A stretch of 64,000 nt of DNA from an uncultured Spirochaetota bacterium. Lineage in GTDB: Bacteria > Spirochaetota > Brevinematia > Brevinematales > JAOACQ01. The stretch is taken from contig CAWIGG010000002.1 in NCBI GenBank assembly GCA_963835575.1, positions 192,001 through 256,000 of the forward strand, given 5' to 3'. Positions 1 to 9,894 of this stretch are shown here, piece by piece. Every line of letters starts with the position of its first letter. The first letter of the stretch is position 1. The notes under the pieces are model-generated. The model searched no databases and had not been told where the DNA came from. It saw only the letters and a list, made by a program, of their open reading frames with translations. Position numbers and translations under genes: made by a program.

Positions 1-2
1 AA

Positions 3-662
3 GCCGAGGAAAACCTGAGAAACAGCGAAGAGCGTTTCAGGGAAATTGCCCTGCTTCTTCCCACTATCGTTATTGAGACTGATATAAATCTTGGAATTAC
101 ATTTATTAATAAAGCGGGATATGAAGCCCTGGATCTTTCTGACAGCGAATTGAAAATGGATTTTTCACTTCTGGATTTTGTTTATACAGATGATAGAAAG
201 CGGTTTGAGGAATATTGCGAGAGAGTCGTTCAGGGGTCTTCCCCTAATTTCAGGGAATTCCGTATGTTTAAAAAGAGCGGCGCCATTATTACTTTAATGA
301 CTAAAGCCTCTCCGATTTACAAGAACGGCGCGATTGAAGGCATCCGCTGGAACGCGATTGATATAAAGCCTCTTATGTCCTCTGTCATTATGCCCGAAGA
401 CTCATTCTTTAAGGAACATAAATTCAGCCCCAGGGAAAAAGAGGTTTTGCTTCTCATGCTTCAGGGGCATAAAATTAAGGATATTGCGAAAAAGCTTTTT
501 ATCACTGAAAGTACTATTAAAGGCCATATCGGCGCGATCTATACGGAAATTGGAGTTAAAAACAGATCGGAATTTTTTCAACTTCTCGAAGAATACCAGA
601 TCAATCATTTCGGTTATCAATCATTCATCTTTTCCATGATCAGCAAATTGGTTAAAGATTAA
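3..662 (+). CDS. PAS-domain LuxR/NarL-family HTH transcriptional regulator (5'-truncated by window edge)
   Basis: Frame is open from the window start (AEENLRNSEERFREIA...FINKAG, PAS-like). C-terminal FSPREKEVLLLMLQGHKIKDIAKKLFITESTIKGHIGAIY is a LuxR-type HTH. Confidence 0.88.
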   Translation, partial: AEENLRNSEERFREIALLLPTIVIETDINLGITFINKAGYEALDLSDSELKMDFSLLDFVYTDDRKRFEEYCERVVQGSSPNFREFRMFKKSGAIITLMTKASPIYKNGAIEGIRWNAIDIKPLMSSVIMPEDSFFKEHKFSPREKEVLLLMLQGHKIKDIAKKLFITESTIKGHIGAIYTEIGVKNRSEFFQLLEEYQINHFGYQSFIFSMISKLVKD

Positions 663-695
663 AATGTTGACTGAAAACAGTCAGAAACGATGCAG

Positions 696-756
696 TGAGC
701 CGTTGTGCTGAGCCGCTGAACTGAGCTTTTGTCTAAGCATTGCCGAACTGCCGAAA
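696..756. repeat. Degenerate nested REP-like element (TGAGC x3 ... GCCGAA x2)
   Basis: tgagcc..ctgagcc..ctgagcttttgtctaagc..gccgaa..gccgaa looks like nested copies of a TGAGCC-TGCCGAA-type unit. Confidence 0.35.
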
Positions 757-864
757 GTTAACAGTAAAATTAACGGTTTATGCGGAAATTTATCTATCGA
801 ATATTCGTTAAAACTTATTTTTGCAGCATTTTGTGATGTATAAAAAAATTCTCGTCATTCCAAT

Positions 865-955
865 ATCCTACCACTGGTCGTATTAAATCCATACTCAAGG
901 TATTGTTAAATCAATACTATGAGTCTGTATTGGTTTTATCAGAAGCTTTTATAAT
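865..955 (+). promoter_or_regulatory. Promoter with three 23-bp-spaced direct repeats and a -10 box
   Basis: TAC cores at 869, 892 and 915 (AAATCCATACTCAAGGT-like); TATAAT at 950. Confidence 0.75.
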
Positions 956-1019
956 AAATATCATCAATAATAGAAAGGGATAAATCCATTTCATAATAAA
1001 CTTTTAGAGGAGGAAAATT

Positions 1020-3677
1020 ATGAAGAAAATCTTCGGTTTAAAGAGATTAATCGCTCTTTTGACCATTGTAACGGCGGGCATTGTTCTGTCTTTACTGATC
1101 GTTTCATGCTCGACGACGTTAAGTTCTGGCGGTAATAATGGTTTTACAAGCCAGAATACAGAAACAAAGGCTGGAGGCTATAACTACGGCGAAGCCATCC
1201 AGAAAGCCATTATGTTCTACGAGTTTCAGCGCTCCGGAAAAATTGCCGCGGCTGATACAAACGGCCGTATGAACTGGCGCGGAAGTAGCGATATCAATGA
1301 CGGCTCTGATAACGGCATTGACCTGACCGGAGGCTGGCATGACGCGGGAGACCATGTCAAGTTTAACCTGCCCATGGCTTATTCGATATCCATGCTCTCC
1401 TGGGCTATTTATGAATACGGTGCGGCCCTTCAGTCCAGCGGCCAGTACGGCTACCTGACAAACAACATCAAGTGGGCTACGGATTATCTATTGAAATGCA
1501 GCGCCGGGTCCTCATATTATTATCAGGTCGGCAGCGGCGGCAATGATCATTCATGGTGGGGCCCCTGCGAAGTAAACCCGACCGTCAGGCCTTCCTACGC
1601 TGTAACCAGCGGCGGTTCGGCTGTAGCCGGTGAAACCGCGGCAGCTTTAGCCGCTGCAGCATGGGTTTTCCAGAACGGCGGTAATACTTCCTATGCTTCC
1701 ACGCTTCTCAGCACCGCCGAATCCCTTTATACCAAAGCCGCTTCCTGGGCCAGCGATTCCGCTTACAACAGCGGAGCGGCCAGCGGTTTTTACACATCTT
1801 CCAGCTGGGCCGACGACCTTTCCTGGGCAGCCATCTGGATCTATCTGGCCGGCGGCGGCAGCAGCTATCTGACAGCCGCGCAATCATGGACCAACCAATG
1901 GCCTGTCGTTACCGGATCATCCACATGGGATTACAGATGGACACAGTGCTGGGATGACGTTCACTACGGCGCTGAACTTATGCTGGCTAAATTAACAGGC
2001 CTTGACGTTTACAGGACCGCTATCGAACAGAGCCTGCAGTTCTGGACAACCGGTTATAACGGATTAAAAGTTACCTATACACCGGGCGGACTGGCATGGC
2101 TTTCAGAATGGGGTTGTCTGCGGTATGCCGTGAGCGAATCGTTTCTCGCATTTGTTTACACCGATTGGACAAACGCCGCGACGAGTAATCTGAGCGCTTA
2201 CAAGAGCTTTGCGGAAAACCAGGTTAACTATGTTCTGGGATCCACGGGAAAAAGCTATGAAATCGGTTTCGGAAGCAGTTATCCCCAGCATCCTCATCAC
2301 AGGACTGCTGAAAGCTCCTGGGCCAATGATATGAACACGCCGTCTTACGCAAGGCATACGATTTACGGAGCGCTTGTCGGCGGTCCGGACGCAAGCGATA
2401 ATTTTACAGATGCAGTCGGTTCGTATCAATACACAGAACCGGCCTGCGATTATAACGCGGGTTTTATCGCCTCACTTTCCAGAATGTACAAAGTTTACGG
2501 CGGTACGCCGATTGCGAACTTTACAAGCGCCATAGAAGTTCCTTCCAATACCGAGTTTTTCGTGTCGACGCAGCCTAACAGCACCGGCGCCAACTATTTT
2601 GAGGTGGCTGCCTGGCTGAACAACATGTCCGGCTGGCCGGCAAGACCGGGTACGAATCTTTCGTTCCGGTATTTTATCAATACTTCTGAATTTGCGGCAA
2701 ACGGCTACAGCGATACCAATGTTGCCATCACAGTCAATTACAACCAGGGCAACGCAACGGTATCGCCCAATCTGGTAGCATGGGACGCCGCAAATCATAT
2801 CTACTATGTCAATGTAAGTTTCAACAATACGAATATCTATCCCGGCGGACAGGGCATTTACCAGATGCAGATCCAGTTCAGGGTAGCGGGTCCGCAGAAC
2901 ACCAGCTTCTGGAGCAACCAGAACAACTGGTCCTATCAGGGCGGCATGACTACCAACAGTCCCAACCAGAATGTGCCTGTGTATATGTCCGGTGTTAAGA
3001 TATACGGTAATGAACCCGGAACATCCACTTCATCTTCTTCTGTTGCATCTTCAGTTGCAGTAAGTTCAAGCCTGGCCGCATCCAGCGTAGCGTCTTCTGT
3101 TGCGGTCAGTTCGAGCAGATCGAGTGTTGCGTCTTCGACAGCAGTAAGTTCAAGCCTGGCCGCATCCAGCGTAGCGTCTTCTGTTGCAGTTAGTTCGAGC
3201 AGATCGAGCGTAGCATCTTCAGTTGCGGTAAGCTCCAGCCGGTCGAGCGTAGCTTCTTCAGCAGCAGTCAGCTCGAGCCGGGCTGCATCCAGTGTTGCAG
3301 CTTCTAGCGTGGCTTCCAGCGTCGCAGTGTCCAGTGCGGCTTCAAGTACAGCCGGCGGATATGCTGTGAATTATACAGTCAATAATGACTGGGGTGCGGG
3401 CGCTACATGCACGGTGACCATAAAGAACAATTCCGCTACAGCCCTCAGTAGCTGGTCTCTTGTCTGGACTTTTGCAGGCAACCAGGCTATAACCCAGATA
3501 TGGAGCGCCAGTCAGACTACCAGCGGTGAAACAGTGACAGCCGTGAATTTAAGCTACAACGGTACGATCGGCGCGAATGGCGGAACGCAGAGCTTCGGCT
3601 TCAATTTGAGCTACAGCGGGTCCAATGCAAAACCGACTTCGTTCACTCTGAACGGAACGGCATGTACAACATATTAA
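1020..3677 (+). CDS. Lipoprotein GH9 endoglucanase (GH9-CBM3c-Ser/Ala linker-CBM2)
   Basis: Lipobox LIVSC; GGWHDAGDHVKF, PHHRTA and TEPACDYNAG motifs; CBM3c-like NMSGWPAR..LSFRYF..YG.EP; C-terminal CBM2 (NDWGAG..QIWS..SFGF..LNGTAC); GAGGAGG RBS. Confidence 0.93.
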   Translation: MKKIFGLKRLIALLTIVTAGIVLSLLIVSCSTTLSSGGNNGFTSQNTETKAGGYNYGEAIQKAIMFYEFQRSGKIAAADTNGRMNWRGSSDINDGSDNGIDLTGGWHDAGDHVKFNLPMAYSISMLSWAIYEYGAALQSSGQYGYLTNNIKWATDYLLKCSAGSSYYYQVGSGGNDHSWWGPCEVNPTVRPSYAVTSGGSAVAGETAAALAAAAWVFQNGGNTSYASTLLSTAESLYTKAASWASDSAYNSGAASGFYTSSSWADDLSWAAIWIYLAGGGSSYLTAAQSWTNQWPVVTGSSTWDYRWTQCWDDVHYGAELMLAKLTGLDVYRTAIEQSLQFWTTGYNGLKVTYTPGGLAWLSEWGCLRYAVSESFLAFVYTDWTNAATSNLSAYKSFAENQVNYVLGSTGKSYEIGFGSSYPQHPHHRTAESSWANDMNTPSYARHTIYGALVGGPDASDNFTDAVGSYQYTEPACDYNAGFIASLSRMYKVYGGTPIANFTSAIEVPSNTEFFVSTQPNSTGANYFEVAAWLNNMSGWPARPGTNLSFRYFINTSEFAANGYSDTNVAITVNYNQGNATVSPNLVAWDAANHIYYVNVSFNNTNIYPGGQGIYQMQIQFRVAGPQNTSFWSNQNNWSYQGGMTTNSPNQNVPVYMSGVKIYGNEPGTSTSSSSVASSVAVSSSLAASSVASSVAVSSSRSSVASSTAVSSSLAASSVASSVAVSSSRSSVASSVAVSSSRSSVASSAAVSSSRAASSVAASSVASSVAVSSAASSTAGGYAVNYTVNNDWGAGATCTVTIKNNSATALSSWSLVWTFAGNQAITQIWSASQTTSGETVTAVNLSYNGTIGANGGTQSFGFNLSYSGSNAKPTSFTLNGTACTTY

Positions 3678-3830
3678 GTGAAATTCCCGGAAATGTTTCC
3701 GGTCTCATTAGGGGATAGATAAATCTCTATAGTGAGGAAAAGTTATTAATAGATATGTCATTCAGCCCTGTCCGGACGGATGCCGCATCCCCCCGACCGC
3801 GGTATTCGGTTCCGAACAGGGCGATTTTTA
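2946..3830 (+). repeat. 885-bp direct repeat, copy 1 (3' end of GH9 gene plus downstream intergenic DNA)
   Basis: Reads line-for-line identical to 6006-6890 (offset 3060). Confidence 0.9.
3757..3830 (+). other. Conserved long imperfect stem-loop, copy 1 of 3 (also 6817-6890 and 35545-35620)
   Basis: GCCCTGTCCGGACGGATGCCGC-(C-rich loop)-GCGGTATTCGGTTCCGAACAGGGC followed by a short T run. Confidence 0.6.
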
Positions 3831-3913
3831 TGTAAACATTTATCTGTCGAATATTTGTTAAAACTTATTTTTGCAATATTTTGTGATGTATAAATAAATC
3901 CTCTCATTCCCAT

Positions 3914-4004
3914 GTCCTGCCATTGGTCGGAAAAAATCCATACTTAAGGTATTGGTAAATCAATACTATGAGTCTTTATAGATTTTATAAAATGCTCTTA
4001 TAAT
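3914..4004 (+). promoter_or_regulatory. Promoter with 23-bp-spaced repeats and a -10 box
   Basis: TAC cores at 3941 and 3964 plus a degenerate upstream copy; TATAAT at 3999. Confidence 0.75.
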
Positions 4005-4070
4005 AATCATCATAAATAGTTGATAGAAAGAAATTCATTTCAATAATAAACTTTTAAAGGAGGATATTTT

Positions 4071-6737
4071 ATGAAGAAAATCTTCGGTTTAAAGAGGTTA
4101 ATCGCTCTTTTGACCATTGTAACAGCGGGTATTGTTCTCGCAGCTTTTATCGTATCCTGTTCGCTGGTTTCCCATGAGAATTCCGGCCAGGGCTTCGATT
4201 CGAACCCTAATACTATGAAATCCGCGACGACATCAGGCGGCGGATATAACTACGGCGAAGCCATCCAGAAAGCCATTATGTTCTACGAGTTTCAGCGTTC
4301 AGGCAAGATCAACTCCGCTGATACTAACGGCCGTATGAACTGGCGCGGAGACAGCGATCTTAATGACGGCTCCGACAACGGTATAGACCTGACCGGCGGC
4401 TGGCATGACGCCGGCGATAATGTCAAGTTCAACCTGCCCATGTCCTACTCCGTATCCATGCTCTCCTGGGCCATCTACGAATACGGGGCCGCGATTCAAT
4501 CAAGCGGCCAGTACGGCTATCTGACGAACAATATCAAGTGGGCGACCGATTATCTATTGAAATGCAGCGCCGGGTCCTCATATTATTACCAGGTCGGCAG
4601 CGGCGCCAACGACCATTCATGGTGGGGACCTTGCGAAGTTAACCCAACGGTAAGGCCTTCATACTCATTGAGTAGCGGCGGTTCGGCAGTGGCCGGTGAA
4701 ACCGCGGCCGCTTTAGCCGCCGCAGCATGGGTTTTCCAGAACGGCGGAAATACTTCTTATGCTTCCACTCTGCTCACGCGCGCTGAATCCTTATATGCTT
4801 CAGCCGCTTCCTGGGCAAGCGATTCCGCATATAACTCCGGCGCCGCAAACGGTTATTATGGTTCCTCATGCTGGGCCGACGACCTTTCCTGGGCCGCAAT
4901 CTGGATCTACATTGCGGGCGGCGGAAGTTCTTACCTGACAGCCGCACAAACATGGACTAACCAATGGCCTGTCGTTACCGGATCATCCACATGGGATTAC
5001 AGGTGGACACAGTGCTGGGATGACGTTCACTACGGCGCTGAACTTATGCTGGCTAAATTAACAGGCCTTGACGTTTATAGGACCGCTATCGAACAGAGCC
5101 TGCAGTTCTGGACAACCGGTTATAACGGATTAAAAGTTACCTATACACCGGGCGGACTGGCATGGCTTTCACAATGGGGCTGTCTGCGGTATGCCATGAG
5201 CGAAGCGTTTCTCGCATTTGTCTACTGCGATTGGACAAACGCCGCAACGAGCAATCTGAGCGCTTACAAGAGCTTTGCTGAATCCCAGGTCAACTATGTT
5301 CTGGGCGCCACGGGCAGGAGCTTTGAAATCGGTTTCGGAACAAATTATCCCCTGCATCCGCACCACAGGACCGCGCAGGGTTCCTGGGCCGGCGATATGA
5401 ACATCCCGTCCTACTCAAGACATGTCCTTTACGGAGCGCTTAGCGGTGGTCCCGACTCAAGCGATGCTTTTACAGATGCTGTCGGTTCATATCAATGCAC
5501 CGAACCTGCCTGCGATTACAACGCGGGTTTTATCGCCTCACTTTCCAGAATGTACAAAGTTTACGGCGGTACGCCGATTGCGAACTTTACAAGCGCCATA
5601 GAAGTTCCTTCCAATACCGAGATTTTTGCATCCTCAATGTCGTACTATATGGGAACCGGCACTTATCAGGTAGTGGCGTTTATGAATAATATGTCGGGCT
5701 GGCCGGCAAGACCGGGCACCAATCTCTCTTTCAGGTGGTTTATCAATACATCATCGCTTGTCTCAGCCGGTTATTCCGATACGAATGTCACCGTACAGGT
5801 GAACGGAGGTGCGGGAAAGGTATCGCCGAATTTGATTGCATGGAACGCGGCCAGTCATATTTACTATGTTAATGTCGACTTCAGCGGCACAAACATCTGT
5901 CCTGCCGGGAATAATGTTTATCAGCTTCAGGCCAGCTTCCAGCTGAACGGCCCTTCAGGATCTACAGCATATAATTACAGCAATGACTGGTCTTACCTGG
6001 GAGGTATGACTACCAACAGTCCCAACCAGAATGTGCCTGTGTATATGTCCGGTGTTAAGATATACGGTAATGAACCCGGAACATCCACTTCATCTTCTTC
6101 TGTTGCATCTTCAGTTGCAGTAAGTTCAAGCCTGGCCGCATCCAGCGTAGCGTCTTCTGTTGCGGTCAGTTCGAGCAGATCGAGTGTTGCGTCTTCGACA
6201 GCAGTAAGTTCAAGCCTGGCCGCATCCAGCGTAGCGTCTTCTGTTGCAGTTAGTTCGAGCAGATCGAGCGTAGCATCTTCAGTTGCGGTAAGCTCCAGCC
6301 GGTCGAGCGTAGCTTCTTCAGCAGCAGTCAGCTCGAGCCGGGCTGCATCCAGTGTTGCAGCTTCTAGCGTGGCTTCCAGCGTCGCAGTGTCCAGTGCGGC
6401 TTCAAGTACAGCCGGCGGATATGCTGTGAATTATACAGTCAATAATGACTGGGGTGCGGGCGCTACATGCACGGTGACCATAAAGAACAATTCCGCTACA
6501 GCCCTCAGTAGCTGGTCTCTTGTCTGGACTTTTGCAGGCAACCAGGCTATAACCCAGATATGGAGCGCCAGTCAGACTACCAGCGGTGAAACAGTGACAG
6601 CCGTGAATTTAAGCTACAACGGTACGATCGGCGCGAATGGCGGAACGCAGAGCTTCGGCTTCAATTTGAGCTACAGCGGGTCCAATGCAAAACCGACTTC
6701 GTTCACTCTGAACGGAACGGCATGTACAACATATTAA
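4071..6737 (+). CDS. Lipoprotein GH9 endoglucanase (GH9-CBM3c-linker-CBM2), close paralog of 1020..3677
   Basis: Lipobox FIVSC; DAGDNVKF, PHHRTA, TEPACDYNAG; linker and CBM2 identical to the previous gene. Confidence 0.93.
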   Translation: MKKIFGLKRLIALLTIVTAGIVLAAFIVSCSLVSHENSGQGFDSNPNTMKSATTSGGGYNYGEAIQKAIMFYEFQRSGKINSADTNGRMNWRGDSDLNDGSDNGIDLTGGWHDAGDNVKFNLPMSYSVSMLSWAIYEYGAAIQSSGQYGYLTNNIKWATDYLLKCSAGSSYYYQVGSGANDHSWWGPCEVNPTVRPSYSLSSGGSAVAGETAAALAAAAWVFQNGGNTSYASTLLTRAESLYASAASWASDSAYNSGAANGYYGSSCWADDLSWAAIWIYIAGGGSSYLTAAQTWTNQWPVVTGSSTWDYRWTQCWDDVHYGAELMLAKLTGLDVYRTAIEQSLQFWTTGYNGLKVTYTPGGLAWLSQWGCLRYAMSEAFLAFVYCDWTNAATSNLSAYKSFAESQVNYVLGATGRSFEIGFGTNYPLHPHHRTAQGSWAGDMNIPSYSRHVLYGALSGGPDSSDAFTDAVGSYQCTEPACDYNAGFIASLSRMYKVYGGTPIANFTSAIEVPSNTEIFASSMSYYMGTGTYQVVAFMNNMSGWPARPGTNLSFRWFINTSSLVSAGYSDTNVTVQVNGGAGKVSPNLIAWNAASHIYYVNVDFSGTNICPAGNNVYQLQASFQLNGPSGSTAYNYSNDWSYLGGMTTNSPNQNVPVYMSGVKIYGNEPGTSTSSSSVASSVAVSSSLAASSVASSVAVSSSRSSVASSTAVSSSLAASSVASSVAVSSSRSSVASSVAVSSSRSSVASSAAVSSSRAASSVAASSVASSVAVSSAASSTAGGYAVNYTVNNDWGAGATCTVTIKNNSATALSSWSLVWTFAGNQAITQIWSASQTTSGETVTAVNLSYNGTIGANGGTQSFGFNLSYSGSNAKPTSFTLNGTACTTY

Positions 6738-6890
6738 GTGAAATTCCCGGAAATGTTTCCGGTCTCATTAGGGGATAGATAAATCTCTATAGTGAGGAAA
6801 AGTTATTAATAGATATGTCATTCAGCCCTGTCCGGACGGATGCCGCATCCCCCCGACCGCGGTATTCGGTTCCGAACAGGGCGATTTTTA
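6006..6890 (+). repeat. 885-bp direct repeat, copy 2
   Basis: Identical to 2946-3830. Confidence 0.9.
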
Positions 6891-6920
6891 ATGGATCCAT
6901 AAACGAAATTCAGTTCAGAT

Positions 6921-6965
6921 CATTCATTCGTCTTTTCCATGATCAGCGAATTGGTTAAAGATTAA
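6921..6965 (+). pseudogene. Relic of the 3' end of the LuxR regulator gene
   Basis: 42/45 nt match to 618-662 (HSFVFSMISELVKD* versus QSFIFSMISKLVKD*). Confidence 0.8.
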
Positions 6966-7111
6966 AAAAGTTAATATTTTAAAAACAGCAGCCGGCATTC
7001 GGCGGTATATGGCGTAAATGCCGTTTATCTGCCGATAACTCGTATAAAATTCTTCCATTTCTTTAATTGAGTAAAATTCTTGAATTTTCCAGAGTTTTTA
7101 ATCATTTCAAT

Positions 7112-7202
7112 GTCCTACCGTAAGTCGGATTAAAACCATACTTAAGGTATTGTCAAATCAATACTATGAGTCTGCATAGATTTTATTGGAAGATTTTATA
7201 AT
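7112..7202 (+). promoter_or_regulatory. Promoter with three 23-bp-spaced repeats and a -10 box
   Basis: TAC cores at 7116, 7139 and 7162; TATAAT at 7197. Confidence 0.75.
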
Positions 7203-7263
7203 ATTTATTATCAAAAGTTTAAGAAGAAAATTCATTTCATAAAAAACTGTAAGGAGGAAAATT

Positions 7264-9783
7264 ATGAAGAAAATCTTTGGTTTAAAGAGAATAATCGCTC
7301 TTTTAACCTTGATGACGGCGGGCATCGTTATTTCTTTGTTTATCGCTTCATGCTCTACGTCGATTAATTCTGGCGGTAATAATGGTTTTACAGACCAGAA
7401 TTCTCAAACTAAGGCAGGAGGCTATAACTACGGTGAAGCCCTCCAGAAGGCCATTATGTTCTACGAGTTCCAGAGGTCTGGAACAATCCCTTCAGATCAG
7501 AGAGACAACTGGAGAGGGAACTCCGGTATGAGCGACGCAGTCCTCGGCGGTTACTATGACGCCGGCGACCATGTCAAATTCAACCTTCCCATGGCCTTTT
7601 CAGCCAGTATGATGGCCTGGTCTCTCTATGAAAACGCTTCGGCTTATACGGCCACTGGTCAGACCGCTTATATTCAGAAAGCGATCCAGTGGGTTTGCGA
7701 CTACCTTGTCGGATGCCAGAGCGGAAACATCTATCAGATCGGCGACGGCAGTCTGGACCATGCCTGGTGGGGTCCCTGCGAAGTCATGCAGATGTCAAGA
7801 CCTGCGGCATCATCGGCTCAATGTTCTGCCGTATGGGGAGAAAGCGCCGCCGCTCTTGCCGCCGCTTCCAAAGTGCTCGGCAATTCTTCCTACCTGTCGG
7901 CTGCGAAGACCTATTTCAGCAAGGCTGAAAGTGCTATGAGCGATTCCGGTTATACCGCCGCTAACGGTTATTACAATTCCTGGAGCGGTTTCTATGATGA
8001 ACTGGTCTGGGCGGCAGTATGGCTCTATATTGCCTCCGGTGACAGCACATATTTAACGAAAGCTCAAACCTATTTTGGAAATATCGGGATGGAAGGACAG
8101 TCTTCCAACGTTGCTTACAAATGGACACAATCTTGGGACGACAAGCATTACGGCGCAGAGCTTTTGCTTGCCAAGTTAACAGGCGGCGCCCAATATAAAA
8201 CAGCCATTGAAAACAACCTGGACTACTGGACCACAGGCGGTCCTGACGGCTCCAAGATTACTTATACTCCCAAGGGTCTGGCCCATCTGGATAACTGGGG
8301 ATGTATCAGGTACGCTATGGGCGCTTCAACTCTAGCTTTTTGCTATGCCAACTGGTCCGGCGCGAATGCCACAAAAGCCGCCACTTACAAGTCTTTTGCT
8401 GAAACGCAGGTCAATTATGCTCTCGGCAGCACAGGCAGAAGCTATATAATCGGTTTCGGAAGCAATTATCCCCAGCATCCGCACCACAGAACGGCTGAAA
8501 GCTCATGGGCAGACAGCCAGACAGTACCGCCCTATTGCCGTCATACACTTATCGGCGCATTGGTCGGCGGTCCTGACGCAAGCGACAATTTTACCGACGA
8601 TGACAGCCAGTATCAATACACTGAACCGGCCTGCGACTATAACGCATGCTTGATCGGCGCACTGGCATATATGTATAATTCCTACGGCGGTACACCGGTA
8701 GCCAACTTGACGGCTAATGAAACTCCTTCCAACCTGGAATATTTTGTTCAGACTGCGCAAAATGCCACAGGAAATAACTTCTTTGAAGTCAAGTTTGATT
8801 TGTTCAACGAGTCAGGGTGGCCGGCAAGGGCGCTTTCAAACTCTGTGTCATTCCGCTACTTTTTTGATATTTCCGAACTTGTTGCAAAAGGGCATACCGC
8901 TAGTGATATTACCCTTACCGTCAATTACAATCAGGACAGCGCGGGTGTAGCCACACTGAAGCAGTGGAGCGGGAATATCTATTATATCAATGTCAACTGG
9001 ACCGGATTGATCTATCCCGGCGGACAGTCGATGTACAAGAAAGAAATTCAGGTCAGGTTTACTTATCCGACAGACGTGACAAACGATAACTCCAATGACT
9101 GGTCCTACCAGTATTTTAACAATGTAGTTACAACCGGAACAACAAATAACCCCAATGTGCCTGTATACATCAATGGGACGAAAGTTTATGGTAATGAACC
9201 CGGCGCAGCTTCTTCTTCAGCTGCTTCATCTGTAGCCGCGAGTTCACGTCCAGCATCCTCAGTAGCAGCATCCTCAATAGCAGCAAGCTCAGTGGCAGCA
9301 TCTTCATCATTGGCCGCATCATCCATAGCTGCTAGTTCACGGTCGAGCGTAGCATCCTCAGTAGCAGTCAGCTCGAGCCGGTCCAGTGTTGCGTCTTCAG
9401 TAGCAGTTTCCAGCGTTGCATCTTCAGTTGCTGTTTCCAGCGCAGCTTCTTCAGTCAGCGGCGGATATGCGGTTAATTACACCGTCAATAATGACTGGGG
9501 CGCGGGCGCTACATGCACGGTGACCATTAAGAACAATTCCGCTACAGCCCTCAGCAGCTGGTCTCTTGTCTGGACTTTTGCAGGCAACCAGGCGATCACG
9601 CAGATCTGGAGCGCAACGCAGACTTCCAGCGGTGAAACGGTGACTGTCAATAACCTGAGCTACAATAATGTCATCGGCGCGAACGGCGGAACGCAGAGCT
9701 TCGGCTTCAATTTGAGCTACAGCGGATCCAATGCAAAACCGACTTCGTTCACTTTGAACGGAACGGCATGTACACTTTACTAA
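7264..9783 (+). CDS. Lipoprotein GH9 endoglucanase (GH9-CBM3c-linker-CBM2)
   Basis: Lipobox FIASC; GGYYDAGDHVKF, PHHRTA, TEPACDYNA; NESGWPAR..YPGGQS..KKEIQ CBM3c; CBM2. Confidence 0.93.
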   Translation: MKKIFGLKRIIALLTLMTAGIVISLFIASCSTSINSGGNNGFTDQNSQTKAGGYNYGEALQKAIMFYEFQRSGTIPSDQRDNWRGNSGMSDAVLGGYYDAGDHVKFNLPMAFSASMMAWSLYENASAYTATGQTAYIQKAIQWVCDYLVGCQSGNIYQIGDGSLDHAWWGPCEVMQMSRPAASSAQCSAVWGESAAALAAASKVLGNSSYLSAAKTYFSKAESAMSDSGYTAANGYYNSWSGFYDELVWAAVWLYIASGDSTYLTKAQTYFGNIGMEGQSSNVAYKWTQSWDDKHYGAELLLAKLTGGAQYKTAIENNLDYWTTGGPDGSKITYTPKGLAHLDNWGCIRYAMGASTLAFCYANWSGANATKAATYKSFAETQVNYALGSTGRSYIIGFGSNYPQHPHHRTAESSWADSQTVPPYCRHTLIGALVGGPDASDNFTDDDSQYQYTEPACDYNACLIGALAYMYNSYGGTPVANLTANETPSNLEYFVQTAQNATGNNFFEVKFDLFNESGWPARALSNSVSFRYFFDISELVAKGHTASDITLTVNYNQDSAGVATLKQWSGNIYYINVNWTGLIYPGGQSMYKKEIQVRFTYPTDVTNDNSNDWSYQYFNNVVTTGTTNNPNVPVYINGTKVYGNEPGAASSSAASSVAASSRPASSVAASSIAASSVAASSSLAASSIAASSRSSVASSVAVSSSRSSVASSVAVSSVASSVAVSSAASSVSGGYAVNYTVNNDWGAGATCTVTIKNNSATALSSWSLVWTFAGNQAITQIWSATQTSSGETVTVNNLSYNNVIGANGGTQSFGFNLSYSGSNAKPTSFTLNGTACTLY

Positions 9784-9811
9784 GCAGAGTTAATTTTGAG
9801 TAACTAAATAA

Positions 9812-9845
9812 AAGCAGAGGTTGGGGCATGCCCCGGCCTTTGCTT
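9812..9845 (+). terminator. Intergenic stem-loop (terminator or RNA-stabilising hairpin)
   Basis: AAGCAGAGGTTGGGG-CATG-CCCCGGCCTTTGCTT; a related hairpin lies at ~37450-37480. Confidence 0.55.
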
Positions 9846-9894
9846 CTTAAATAGGAAAGAATTCTAATATCATCCTGAAAAAAGGAGGAGAAAA

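Noticed and set aside
3757..3830. Hairpin as a c-di-GMP or other known riboswitch
   Set aside because: I could not find GEMM-type consensus elements; kept only as an unknown structure.
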